The translations under genes and the position numbers were made by a program. Shown piece after piece: positions 30,086 through 38,895 of a stretch of 64,000 bases of DNA (the first letter of the stretch is position 1; each line of letters starts with the position of its first letter). This stretch comes from a virus (taxonomy: Duplodnaviria > Caudoviricetes): the IMG/VR virus record IMGVR_UViG_3300028186_000155; one strand, written 5' to 3'. The notes below the pieces were generated by a model. The model was not told the DNA's origin. It searched no databases and worked only from the letters and a program-made list of their open reading frames with translations.

Positions 30086-30802
30086 TTACCCGCGCTTGGA
30101 CGGAACGAATTTGATACCGTTTTCGGTACGTTCGAACTGGCCGCTGGTGAACAGGATGCCGGTGCCGAGGCGCCACATGGATTGCACTTCGCCTTCAACT
30201 ACTTCGGTGATTGGGCGAGTGTCGATATCCGACCATTTTTCAACCTGCTGGAATTTCTTGCCCTGCCACAGCGAGAAACCATCGTGAGCCACGCGCAGCA
30301 TGCACACGTCGGGGAATTCGCGCAGAACGAAATCGCAGAACGGATACGCTTTTTCATAGGACGGACGGCGGATCACTTCGTGGCGGAAAGCGTTGGTCGG
30401 CACGGTGGCCAGCAGTTCCTCGGCCATTACCACGGCGCCACGATGCCAGACGTTGGCGGTCGCTGCACGCTTGGCCATGATGGTCAGGAAGTTTTCGTCT
30501 TGACCTACGCGGAAATAGTTCACGCAATCCGAATATTTCTCGGCGCCCGAACGGTAGCTCACATGCAGGTGCTGTTGCGCAGGGTTAACGGTGATGGTCA
30601 CGGCGCCCAGTCGGCCAGTGTTACGGAACGACCAGCAGAACGGGTGTTTCAGCTGCGATTCTTTTTCAAACTTTTCGGTGACGGTGTATGCGTCACGGGT
30701 CTGGATCAGTTCGGCAACTTTCATCAGGAAATCAGCGAGGCTGAAATCCGGGGCGCCGATGCACTTGAAAACGTCCATTGCTTGTTGTGCTGCTTGGGTC
30801 AT
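30086..30802 (-). CDS. Hypothetical protein
   Basis: SD AAGGA; downstream of a promoter motif. Confidence 0.7.
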   Translation of the reverse strand: MTQAAQQAMDVFKCIGAPDFSLADFLMKVAELIQTRDAYTVTEKFEKESQLKHPFCWSFRNTGRLGAVTITVNPAQQHLHVSYRSGAEKYSDCVNYFRVGQDENFLTIMAKRAATANVWHRGAVVMAEELLATVPTNAFRHEVIRRPSYEKAYPFCDFVLREFPDVCMLRVAHDGFSLWQGKKFQQVEKWSDIDTRPITEVVEGEVQSMWRLGTGILFTSGQFERTENGIKFVPSKRG

Positions 30803-30846
30803 GGTAGTTCCTTAGTCTTGCGATTGGATGGGTAGAACAGGTGTTG

Positions 30847-31185
30847 CTAGTGGATGTTTACAGTTTTCTCGCGGCCCGTGGTCGGCTCTGGAATGGCACC
30901 AGCATCATACAGGCCGTTGATAAAGCCCACGATGTACGACTTGCACATTTGTGACATGTTGTCAGGCGCTGCTGTGATCACATATTCGCCGTTATCCTGC
31001 ATGTGCAGCCGCAATTCCAGATCGGTACAGTTGTGCGAATACAGAACCAAATCTGCGCTTTTCCATCCGGGTTTCCCTTTGTGCTGTTCGCAGCTGGTGC
31101 GCGGGCTGAACATAACGTCGGGGCAGTCGTCGCGCAGCCCTTTCATGATCGCGGTGATTACGTCAATTGGGGACATTACACTCAT
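30847..31185 (-). CDS. Hypothetical protein
   Basis: ATGA overlap. Confidence 0.6.
   Translation of the reverse strand: MSVMSPIDVITAIMKGLRDDCPDVMFSPRTSCEQHKGKPGWKSADLVLYSHNCTDLELRLHMQDNGEYVITAAPDNMSQMCKSYIVGFINGLYDAGAIPEPTTGREKTVNIH
30856..30866 (-). promoter_or_regulatory. AAACTGTAAAC candidate phage promoter, copy 1
   Basis: Exact 11-mer, one of 7 co-oriented copies. Confidence 0.65.
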
Positions 31186-31871
31186 ACGGTTGTTTCCATG
31201 ATTTCGATGTATGGATTTTCACCACCTGCTGGTTCAACGTAGCGCGCATTGGTCACGAACAAATCTGCACGACGCGGAACGTATTTGCTGCGCATAGTAT
31301 TTTTGTCGGTGATCGGCACCATCATCATTTCATCGACGCTTCCAGCTTTGTTCAGTCCACGGCGATACTCTGGCGGATTAAAGCCGTTGGCTTCGAGCGC
31401 TTTGTTAGAAGGTTCGTAGTTGATGTAATCTCCATAGATTTCAAACAATGCAATCTCGGAATTTGCCAACACCACTTTTACCGCTGGGCGTGCACCGTTG
31501 TGGCGTTTGTACTCAACCGCGCATTTGCGAATCTTTTCGAGTTCTGCAATGTGCTGCTCGATCTTTTCCAGATCGGTGCTGTGACGGCGAGCCTGAATCT
31601 GTGTCGCGAATTCCATCTGCTCGAAAACATCGGTGAAATCTTGGGATGGCCCGGCAGACCGTGCCGCCAAGTGGCGGGGTCTTAACTCCAGCACATGCCC
31701 GCGTACCGCGTATTCTACGCGGTCATAATGCCCTGTCGGGCCGAAAACTGTAGGGACCAAATGTACGAGGCCCAAATGGCTACGCACCTGCATATATTCA
31801 GAATCATCTTCGAAGTGGAAGGCTTGACCAAACAGTGCTTCACACTTCTTTTTGAAATCTTGGAAATTCAT
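31182..31871 (-). CDS. Hypothetical protein
   Basis: N-term MNFQDFKKKCEALFG; SD AAGGA. Confidence 0.65.
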   Translation of the reverse strand: MNFQDFKKKCEALFGQAFHFEDDSEYMQVRSHLGLVHLVPTVFGPTGHYDRVEYAVRGHVLELRPRHLAARSAGPSQDFTDVFEQMEFATQIQARRHSTDLEKIEQHIAELEKIRKCAVEYKRHNGARPAVKVVLANSEIALFEIYGDYINYEPSNKALEANGFNPPEYRRGLNKAGSVDEMMMVPITDKNTMRSKYVPRRADLFVTNARYVEPAGGENPYIEIMETTV

Positions 31872-31891
31872 GGTGCAAAAATCCTTTTCGA

Positions 31892-32191
31892 TTAGCCGTG
31901 GTGAATGAGGTAGCCGCTGGTTGGACCCAAAATGGTTTTCAGGAAAATTTCCATGGTGGTCCACAGTTCTTGGCTGCCTGCATTTTCGAGGTGTTCGACC
32001 TCTACTTGGCAATTGGAGAAAATGCGCAGCACCACACGCCCACGTTTGTTGAAGACTTCCAGCTGCACGCAGGTTGGACTACCCTTCGGCAAATCACCTA
32101 TCAGGTTGCCACTGGTTAAGGTGTAGTCGATATTATACGCAGCCATTTTAGTGACCAGCGTGGTTGCCACCATGAAAGGATTTACGTTCAT
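31892..32191 (-). CDS. Hypothetical protein
   Basis: Tight packing. Confidence 0.6.
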   Translation of the reverse strand: MNVNPFMVATTLVTKMAAYNIDYTLTSGNLIGDLPKGSPTCVQLEVFNKRGRVVLRIFSNCQVEVEHLENAGSQELWTTMEIFLKTILGPTSGYLIHHG

Positions 32192-32192
32192 T

Positions 32193-32471
32193 TCAATGCA
32201 CCTGTATGAATCCGCGATCCAGCAACTTTTTGATCATGAGTTCCATCAAAACTTTTGACGGGTCATCAGGATTGCAGCGCAAGATTTCGACCGTGCCGTT
32301 TGCCTTGACGGTCAGGCCAAATTCCGCGTCGGTTTCAGGAATCAAAACCTCGAAGGTGTGCGCCTCTTTGCCTTCGACCGGTTCGATGTTGCAAAAGAAA
32401 ACGCCGTATTGATCGGGTATCTGCTCTTGCAGTTGCTCGCACACTGCATGGGTATTCAGTTTGATATCCAT
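32193..32471 (-). CDS. Hypothetical protein
   Basis: SD AGGAG before MDIKLN. Confidence 0.65.
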   Translation of the reverse strand: MDIKLNTHAVCEQLQEQIPDQYGVFFCNIEPVEGKEAHTFEVLIPETDAEFGLTVKANGTVEILRCNPDDPSKVLMELMIKKLLDRGFIQVH

Positions 32472-32521
32472 ATTTTCTCCTGCCAGAAAGTGCAATGGCG
32501 CCCAAAAGGACGCCATTTTGA

Positions 32522-33043
32522 TTATGCAGCTTTCTTGATTTTCTTCGGTTTGATCTTGGCAGGTTTCAGCGCCTTGATCTTTGGCTTGTCTTTCTTCGGC
32601 AACTTTTTGATTTCGTCCAGCAGCTTGTGGTGCTCGCGGCTCAGTTTGTCGCGGGCTTCCGGTAGGCTGAACCACTTGCGTTTCCGCATGTGTTTTTCTT
32701 GCCAGTCATCGAGTGCCGTATGGAAATCCATCGCGTACATGACGACGTTCTGTTTCATCCCGTCTTTCTTGTACTCAAATTTACCAATTTTCTTGGTAAC
32801 GGTTCCGGTGACTCCCGCCTCTTCGAAGCATTCTTTTGCCGCGTTTTCACGGGCATTCAAATGCTTCTCCTGCCCGCCTTTGGTGAAGCCCCACCACGCG
32901 CCTTTCTTCAGCTTTTTCACCAGCAAAACTTGGCGAATGCCGTCTTTGTCGCGGTACGGAATACAACCCGATTGTTCGCGGACTTTTTCCTTCTTTTTGG
33001 CCGACTTCGCGGTGGCCAATTGGAGTTCAACCTGCATTTCCAT
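32522..33043 (-). CDS. Nudix hydrolase (DIPP/Ap6A-like) with Lys-rich tails
   Basis: QSGCIPYR...VLLV...WGFTKGG.E......NAAKECFEEAG Nudix box. Confidence 0.85.
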   Translation of the reverse strand: MEMQVELQLATAKSAKKKEKVREQSGCIPYRDKDGIRQVLLVKKLKKGAWWGFTKGGQEKHLNARENAAKECFEEAGVTGTVTKKIGKFEYKKDGMKQNVVMYAMDFHTALDDWQEKHMRKRKWFSLPEARDKLSREHHKLLDEIKKLPKKDKPKIKALKPAKIKPKKIKKAA

Positions 33044-33087
33044 ACAGCCCCTTGTTAGTTAATGGTCGCGACCTTAAAGATCGCTCC

Positions 33088-33124
33088 CTATTAAATTACT
33101 GCCTACAAGGTATGTTTACAGTTT
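33088..33124 (-). promoter_or_regulatory. Tandem AAACTGTAAAC (33114-33124) and GTAATTTAATAG (33088-33099) motifs, followed by a leader hairpin
   Basis: Both recurrent motifs lie upstream of the Nudix gene; GCGATCT-TTA-AGGTCGC hairpin follows. Confidence 0.6.
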
Positions 33125-33303
33125 TAGTGACCGGCTTCACGCATGTCATCCACTGCACGCTGCACAGCTGCGATGAAAGAGTAGTTTTCAGTGTTCCACG
33201 ACCAGAAGTTAGTCATGCCCGGATGTGAAATTGTCCGGGTGCGGAAACAAACCGTGAGTTCGTAGGTTGCCAGCTGGATAACTGCCCATTCGTATTTGCT
33301 CAT
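33124..33303 (-). CDS. Small protein, 59 aa (not in the ORF track), paralog of 33300-33485
   Basis: MSKYEWAVIQLATYELTVCFRTRTISHPGMTNFWSWNT...; ATGA overlap. Confidence 0.7.
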   Translation of the reverse strand: MSKYEWAVIQLATYELTVCFRTRTISHPGMTNFWSWNTENYSFIAAVQRAVDDMREAGH

Positions 33304-33485
33304 GTGCGGCGTTCCTCGACGTATGCAACGGCTTCGACCATGGCTTCGATTAGTCCCGCAGTATCAATCGAATTCCACGTCCAATAACGGGTGTGGCCGG
33401 GGCATTTGATGGTGCCCATAGCGAAGTTGATATACATGCCGTATTTCATGGCCTGCGCCAATGCCCAATTCCCATCGTAAATCAT
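33300..33485 (-). CDS. Small protein, 61 aa
   Basis: WA..Q...Y.....F...TI..PG....W.WN shared with the downstream ORF. Confidence 0.7.
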   Translation of the reverse strand: MIYDGNWALAQAMKYGMYINFAMGTIKCPGHTRYWTWNSIDTAGLIEAMVEAVAYVEERRT

Positions 33486-34360
33486 TTATCTTCCTCAACT
33501 GGCTCGCTGAATATGAGGGTGTACCCTGTGTATTCATTGTTAGTCAAATCAAGCAGCGGCATAAAGAACGGCGAATCGCAAACCTGCCAGCTAACCACCT
33601 TCGTGGTTTTGATACCGACAATTCCATGACGCAAAACCATGTCGGCAAAAGCGCTAGGTTTTAGCAGGGTCAGCAGTTCGGTATTGTTGGCAAATGGAAT
33701 GTATTTGCGCAGTGCAAACGACGGGCGTTTCTCTTCCAACAACAGCGGAATTTCCGAAGCGACATTGACGCTCAGGCGCAGGCCGTGGCGCGTGTGGAAC
33801 TCTTCGAAGTCTTCCGGTTCGTCATAGGCGCCCGGCTCGCCTTCCAAACGGTTTTTGTTAGGCTCCAGCCATTTAATCCCGTCAAAATATACCGAAAACA
33901 TCCCATCGGTAAACGTGCTGGTGTCACGGCCAAGGCCAAAGATTTCATGATCACCCAGCATGACCGACGCGCTGTGCGGATACCCTTTCGGATCGAGGAC
34001 CACCTTGGCTTCGGTTTTCACCTGATTCAGAATAACTTGAACGTCGGACAAAAACGTGGCCCACAATTGGTCAAAATTGAGGTTGGTTTCCGCACTCTTG
34101 GTCAGGATTCCGAATAGCGCGCTGGTCGTCATTTCCTCTGGCAGTTCTTTACACCCTTCGACAAACGCGGTACATCGCTCGCGGTTTGCCGGAACTTCCA
34201 ACCACGTAACTTTTACGCCGTTGAGTTCCATGGTCACAGGCGGCAAATAACCTTGCTGTCGTTCATCGTGGGGCCACGGGCTTCTGATGCTGAAGCCGTT
34301 GGCAATCAAACCCTCGATAAGGTTCACCCGGTGCCGCGTTACAATTTGAGTGCTCGACAT
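33482..34360 (-). CDS. Hypothetical protein (family with 40674-42316)
   Basis: TAATG overlap; C-term F..xxLxxG(I/L)V motif. Confidence 0.7.
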   Translation of the reverse strand: MSSTQIVTRHRVNLIEGLIANGFSIRSPWPHDERQQGYLPPVTMELNGVKVTWLEVPANRERCTAFVEGCKELPEEMTTSALFGILTKSAETNLNFDQLWATFLSDVQVILNQVKTEAKVVLDPKGYPHSASVMLGDHEIFGLGRDTSTFTDGMFSVYFDGIKWLEPNKNRLEGEPGAYDEPEDFEEFHTRHGLRLSVNVASEIPLLLEEKRPSFALRKYIPFANNTELLTLLKPSAFADMVLRHGIVGIKTTKVVSWQVCDSPFFMPLLDLTNNEYTGYTLIFSEPVEEDK

Positions 34361-34671
34361 TATTTTTGAATCCTTCCGTGGCCATAAGTGCTGTACTGTT
34401 CGAACAAATCGGCGTCCTGTTTCCCACGCGATTTCAAATTCAGTGATTCCGATTCGCCCTCGCAACTCATGCCACTTTTGCCGAAATTGCAGAACCCTGC
34501 GCTGATGGCGCCGCCCGGACTCATGTCGCTGTATCTGTCGCGCAGCATTACGCGCTTCGACGCTTCACACATGTCGGCATGGGTCAGGTATTTCGGGAAC
34601 ATCACAGGGACTTCGAATTCGTCACCCTGTCTGTTGATTGCCTTGAAAACGATGTATTTGAACGCACTCAT
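34360..34671 (-). CDS. Hypothetical phage protein
   Basis: KYIVF...EVPVMFP...H...SAGFC...GESESL..KSR...D motif. Confidence 0.7.
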   Translation of the reverse strand: MSAFKYIVFKAINRQGDEFEVPVMFPKYLTHADMCEASKRVMLRDRYSDMSPGGAISAGFCNFGKSGMSCEGESESLNLKSRGKQDADLFEQYSTYGHGRIQK

Positions 34672-34672
34672 T

Positions 34673-34987
34673 TTAATTGCTGCTCCGTGCTGTGATGCGG
34701 ATGGTTTGGCGTTTCAGGTCAATCAAATTGTCTCGCAGGCTATCGCGCTCGGTGGTCAGCAGGTTGATACGGCGGGTGTGCTGATCCATCGTCTTTTCCA
34801 CGAAATCAATCAGGTAAAGCTGCGCTTCCAATTCGGTGGCGAACGCTACCTGTTTGGTGGCCGTGTTGTTGTTCCATGCACGCCAGCCACCGCCTTCGAA
34901 ATATTGCGGAATGAACATGTCTTTTTCGCTGATGCCGGGGGCTGGTACGCGGGCAAAAACACGGAACGGAAATTCTGGTTTATTCAT
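34673..34987 (-). CDS. Hypothetical protein
   Basis: Tight packing. Confidence 0.6.
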   Translation of the reverse strand: MNKPEFPFRVFARVPAPGISEKDMFIPQYFEGGGWRAWNNNTATKQVAFATELEAQLYLIDFVEKTMDQHTRRINLLTTERDSLRDNLIDLKRQTIRITARSSN

Positions 34988-35390
34988 CTTTAGAAATACC
35001 TTTCAAGCGGAACACTGCACGACTGCCGTCAGGTTTGGTGCAGACTGTGCGATATGGGTTTTCCTGATCCGCATAGCTAACGTTGCGGAAACCTTCCTGA
35101 ATCCAGCCTTTTTCAAGGCACAGGCGCTGGGCCTCGAAACGTTCGGCCCAAAGCACACGCCGCTCGTAACGATCTTTACCGTTTACTGGTGGTGGAATAT
35201 CGTGCAGGATGAAATTTTCTTCCTCGATACGTTCGCGCTCTTCACGCTTGGCTTTAACCACAGCATCGCGGATTGCAGCGCTCTCGGCACTCTCTGCTTT
35301 TTCCTTGGCCTTCACGCCCTTATCTTGATAGGGATATTTGCCGTCACAACCAGCCAGCAAAACCAGTGCAAACACCACCAAATATTTCAT
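34980..35390 (-). CDS. Lipoprotein, paralog 3
   Basis: MKYLVVFALVLLAG-CD lipobox. Confidence 0.75.
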   Translation of the reverse strand: MKYLVVFALVLLAGCDGKYPYQDKGVKAKEKAESAESAAIRDAVVKAKREERERIEEENFILHDIPPPVNGKDRYERRVLWAERFEAQRLCLEKGWIQEGFRNVSYADQENPYRTVCTKPDGSRAVFRLKGISKDE

Positions 35391-35647
35391 TGCTGGCCAT
35401 TCCTTTTCAGGTAGATAACGGTGCCATCTTTCTGGCGACAAACGGCGCGGTAGCTTTCTGGCCCGCCGCTGCGCAGGTAGTTGCTGGTTTCGAACAGCAT
35501 GCCCATACGCTGGCAGATGCCTTGGGCTTCCCATTTCGCATCCCAATTCAGGCGCGTTTCTTTGGATTTATCAACGCCTCGCGAAGGTCGATCAAGGGCA
35601 TCGCAGCCAGTCAGCAACAGTGCGGCAACCACCATCAAATATTTCAT
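35387..35647 (-). CDS. Lipoprotein, paralog 2
   Basis: MKYLMVVAALLLTG-CD lipobox. Confidence 0.75.
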   Translation of the reverse strand: MKYLMVVAALLLTGCDALDRPSRGVDKSKETRLNWDAKWEAQGICQRMGMLFETSNYLRSGGPESYRAVCRQKDGTVIYLKRNGQQ

Positions 35648-35955
35648 TCTGCCACCTCGAATTGTTCCACCGGCTGATTTTCAAGCATACAGGTGGCGCG
35701 GGGTTTCATGTCGTCAACGCCCGGCACCAAACCGATGTAAACCATGTCACGATCAGCGCAAATTTTCTGTGCCTTCAGCGTGCGTTCAAACTGGCCCTTG
35801 CGGTATTCTTGACGCTCCGCCACATAGCGTTGGGCTGCTGCAATTCGGTCGGCGCGTTTTTGGTCACGATCTACCATGCTTTGATATTCTTTTTCAGCGC
35901 CCGAATCACAACCAACCAGAACCAGTGCGGCCATCACGGCCATCAGAATTTTCAT
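35644..35955 (-). CDS. Lipoprotein, paralog 1
   Basis: MKILMAVMAALVLVG-CD lipobox. Confidence 0.75.
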   Translation of the reverse strand: MKILMAVMAALVLVGCDSGAEKEYQSMVDRDQKRADRIAAAQRYVAERQEYRKGQFERTLKAQKICADRDMVYIGLVPGVDDMKPRATCMLENQPVEQFEVAE

Positions 35956-36004
35956 TGTACCTAAATCCTTGAAGGTGCCCACACCACGCAGGCACCTGTT
36001 TATC

Positions 36005-36015
36005 GTTTACAGTTT
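36005..36015 (-). promoter_or_regulatory. AAACTGTAAAC copy 3, followed by an AGGTGCC...GGCACCT leader hairpin
   Basis: Exact motif 50 nt upstream of the lipoprotein triplet. Confidence 0.65.
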
Positions 36016-36247
36016 ATTTGTCGCGGTAGCGAGCGTCACGGTCACGCACGAAGCAACGCGCACGGCGCCATGCATCTTGCGCCAGTTCACCAATCAACAT
36101 CACGAACACGAACAGGCCCATAAAGAACATGAAAAGCGGGGTCCACCATGCACGCCCGCCCGGTGGATAATGGTCGTTGCGCGTGTCGTACACAAACCAA
36201 AACGCGTAGGCCAACCACGCCCCTACAATCAGCAAAAGGAAAATCAT
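36014..36247 (-). CDS. Small 2-TM membrane protein
   Basis: Two hydrophobic Trp-rich segments; ATGA overlap. Confidence 0.65.
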   Translation of the reverse strand: MIFLLLIVGAWLAYAFWFVYDTRNDHYPPGGRAWWTPLFMFFMGLFVFVMLIGELAQDAWRRARCFVRDRDARYRDK

Positions 36248-37614
36248 TCGAAATCTCCCATGTCGTCATCGTCATGATCCACATCGTCAATCAAAACGTG
36301 CGGGATGAAACGTTCGTTGCTGGTGCCCAAAACCGGTTCGTCAAATTCACGAATACACAGTGTGGCAGCCGACGCTTCACGCAGCGAACGGTAATCGGTT
36401 GCACGATCCGGGCACATGAACATGCCGACGATGAAACTGTTACGGCCATCGACCTTGTACGGCGCTTTATATTCCTGATAAACCACATCAGAACCGCCGT
36501 AAATTCCATCGGTCGAGAACTGGTGTTCACCGTTGGCGCGATAGATCACGATGTTGTTGGACATGCGACCGATCACAGGCTTTTGCACATACGCATTTTT
36601 GCCCACAAAACGATCCGGTTTCATGTAAGTGCGCAGCACTGGAACCGTCGCATATTTGTCCGCGAAATTCTGATCGTTTTCCATCAGGTAAGTGACGTAG
36701 GCCCAAATGCCTTTGTTGGACGTAAACCAACGCCACGCCGGTTCCATGATAGTGACGTTACGCGCCCAGTTTTCCCACTGCTGATAGGCAATCGGGCAGG
36801 CCTCGACCATTTCTTCCCACGGCACCAGCGCGAAGATAACCGACAACGGCGTGTCGCCGTATTTCCACGGGTTTTCGCGGTCGGTCAGATCGAACTCGAT
36901 ATCCTTGCTCGAAATGAACAGGCAATCGTTTTCCTCGCCCATGATTTGCGCCACGACTTCCGAAGTGGCTTGCACCTCGAAACTTTCGTCGTCAAACACC
37001 ACAGCCGCCGTGCCGGGAATCTCACCCATTTCCGCAAACAGATCGGATGCCAGCGGGAAATAGGAATTCAACTGCAATTCCGAATCGCCGGTCACAGCTA
37101 CGCACACTTCGTTTTGCAACGAAACGGATTCCAGCAGCATGGTCGGGGTATCGCCGTTAAATTCGTAGATACCTTCGATCTTTTCCGTGACTGGGTTCAT
37201 CACGGCGTCAAAGCGACCGTAGATCGACTGGCGCGCCGAACTGTTGTCGCGATAGGTCCATTTTGCGTAGTCGATGAAATACGGGTGCTTGCGCAGGAAA
37301 TCGCAGCCCATATATTCCATGATGGTGCTTTCGGATTCGTTGAACAGGTGGCCCACAGCCTCGACCAGCATTGCGTAAGCGGCTTCAAACGTGAGTTCAA
37401 TATCGCGGCACGAACTCAGGTTGAAATTGTAGACCGGCAGGTTGTGTTTGTTGTTCATGGGGAACGAGAAATAATCGCGAACCGTCTGATAAAATTCTGC
37501 GTCGGCTTCCGCTTCTGGCTTCGGCATTTCGCGCCAGAATGCTTGAGTCCATGGCAGTTCGTTAACCATGAAATCGTTGAGTTCGAAAGATACTTCGTGA
37601 TACGTGCAATGCAT
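36244..37614 (-). CDS. Glutathionylspermidine-synthase-like ATP-grasp ligase (YgiC/YjfC family)
   Basis: IYGRFD, EFNGDTPT.LLES, PWE, EPAW...SNKGIWA, KPVIGR, VYQEY, IRE...FIPH motifs. Confidence 0.9.
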   Translation of the reverse strand: MHCTYHEVSFELNDFMVNELPWTQAFWREMPKPEAEADAEFYQTVRDYFSFPMNNKHNLPVYNFNLSSCRDIELTFEAAYAMLVEAVGHLFNESESTIMEYMGCDFLRKHPYFIDYAKWTYRDNSSARQSIYGRFDAVMNPVTEKIEGIYEFNGDTPTMLLESVSLQNEVCVAVTGDSELQLNSYFPLASDLFAEMGEIPGTAAVVFDDESFEVQATSEVVAQIMGEENDCLFISSKDIEFDLTDRENPWKYGDTPLSVIFALVPWEEMVEACPIAYQQWENWARNVTIMEPAWRWFTSNKGIWAYVTYLMENDQNFADKYATVPVLRTYMKPDRFVGKNAYVQKPVIGRMSNNIVIYRANGEHQFSTDGIYGGSDVVYQEYKAPYKVDGRNSFIVGMFMCPDRATDYRSLREASAATLCIREFDEPVLGTSNERFIPHVLIDDVDHDDDDMGDFE

Positions 37615-37653
37615 GATCTATTCCTTGAGAAATTGGAAGGGTGAAACGGGGAA

Positions 37654-38325
37654 TTAACCCCCGCCACCACCTTTGGCACCTGCACCACCGCCACCGCTGT
37701 GCATTGCGGACTTCACGCGGGCTTGCGTAGCCTGCTGTACCGTGGCTGGGGCACTGCTAGGGCTGGCGCGCCATTGCGATACGCGATTCTGCATATTCTG
37801 GCGATAATTCGGGCTGGCCATAACCGCATTGCGATTGCTGTTCATCAGGGCGCTGGTGTAAATGGCAGAACCACCATTCCGGCATTTACGGCGTTCGTCG
37901 CGATTGTCACAACGTTGCGTGGTCATCGGCGCATGCTGCTGTTGATATTGCTGATAGCCGCCCGATTGATTCATGGATTTTGCCAACGCGTAACCGCCCA
38001 GCGCACCGAGTGCCGCACCGCCCACCATTGGCCAGATGGAATTGCTGCTGGTGCCGTCCGCTTCTTCACGCACAACGTTCAAGACTTTTTCGCCTTTTTC
38101 GTTGACGGAATAATACACGTCTTTTACCGACGGATCTTTAGATTGAAGTTCACGCAACGCGGCCTGTGCGTCTTCCTGATCAGCAGCCATTTGCTTGCGC
38201 GTTGCTTCTGATGCCTGTTCGTCAACATACGCCTTTTCTTCATCGGGATAGGCCCCGCTATCGTCACACCCGCCCAGCAAAGCCAATGCTGCGGCGCCTG
38301 CGGCCAACAGAACTTTGTTGCTCAA
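37654..38325 (-). CDS. Lipoprotein with Gly-rich C-tail (YgiB/DUF1190-like partner)
   Basis: ALLGG-CDD lipobox; WPMVGGAALGALGGY hydrophobic Gly motif; C-term SGGGGAGAKGGGGG; directly upstream of the ligase. Confidence 0.7.
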   Translation of the reverse strand: MSNKVLLAAGAAALALLGGCDDSGAYPDEEKAYVDEQASEATRKQMAADQEDAQAALRELQSKDPSVKDVYYSVNEKGEKVLNVVREEADGTSSNSIWPMVGGAALGALGGYALAKSMNQSGGYQQYQQQHAPMTTQRCDNRDERRKCRNGGSAIYTSALMNSNRNAVMASPNYRQNMQNRVSQWRASPSSAPATVQQATQARVKSAMHSGGGGAGAKGGGGG

Positions 38326-38525
38326 TTCTTTTTCCTCAGTTTTTTAACCAGATTGTCTTTAATGATCCACACGTCCATCAGGAACATTGTGGGCTGCCAA
38401 ATGTACATGGCGAGAAAAACAATGGGCCACGCCCACCATTTCACATCGTGGTTGATCCAGCTGTACCGAAAACCCCACGCGGCCCAGCAGGTCCACAGAA
38501 CGATCAGCCACCAATACCACGCCAT
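38322..38525 (-). CDS. Small 2-TM membrane protein
   Basis: MAWYWWLIV...WWAWPIVFL. Confidence 0.65.
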   Translation of the reverse strand: MAWYWWLIVLWTCWAAWGFRYSWINHDVKWWAWPIVFLAMYIWQPTMFLMDVWIIKDNLVKKLRKKN

Positions 38526-38527
38526 GC

Positions 38528-38872
38528 CTAATCCCTTTTGATTTTGGTGAACTGGATAGCTTCCAAATCGACTGCACCACAATATTTGTGCAGAAAATCG
38601 TAAGCCCGTTGGTCGATCAGCATAACCTCGGATTGCGGCCAAGTGATTACATCCAACGGCTCGCGAACTAGATCGTTAACCGAGACTGCGATTTCTACCG
38701 GCTCTTCGTCACAAACGGAAATGTAACGGTAACGTTCGTAGCTATCGCATTTCAGTAAGACGCCCAAATATTCAAACTCGGGATCTACTTCGAGCGGCTT
38801 CCCTTCAGCATAGGACGCCAGTATCCCGGCAGCCTCGACCAACTTAATGTGGCCTTCGTGCAAAACGTTCAT
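38528..38872 (-). CDS. Hypothetical protein
   Basis: SD AGGA. Confidence 0.65.
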   Translation of the reverse strand: MNVLHEGHIKLVEAAGILASYAEGKPLEVDPEFEYLGVLLKCDSYERYRYISVCDEEPVEIAVSVNDLVREPLDVITWPQSEVMLIDQRAYDFLHKYCGAVDLEAIQFTKIKRD

Positions 38873-38884
38873 TCCACGTTTCCT

Positions 38885-38895
38885 GTTTACAGTTT
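38885..38895 (-). promoter_or_regulatory. AAACTGTAAAC copy 4
   Basis: Exact motif overlapping a stop codon; heads the ligase operon. Confidence 0.55.
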
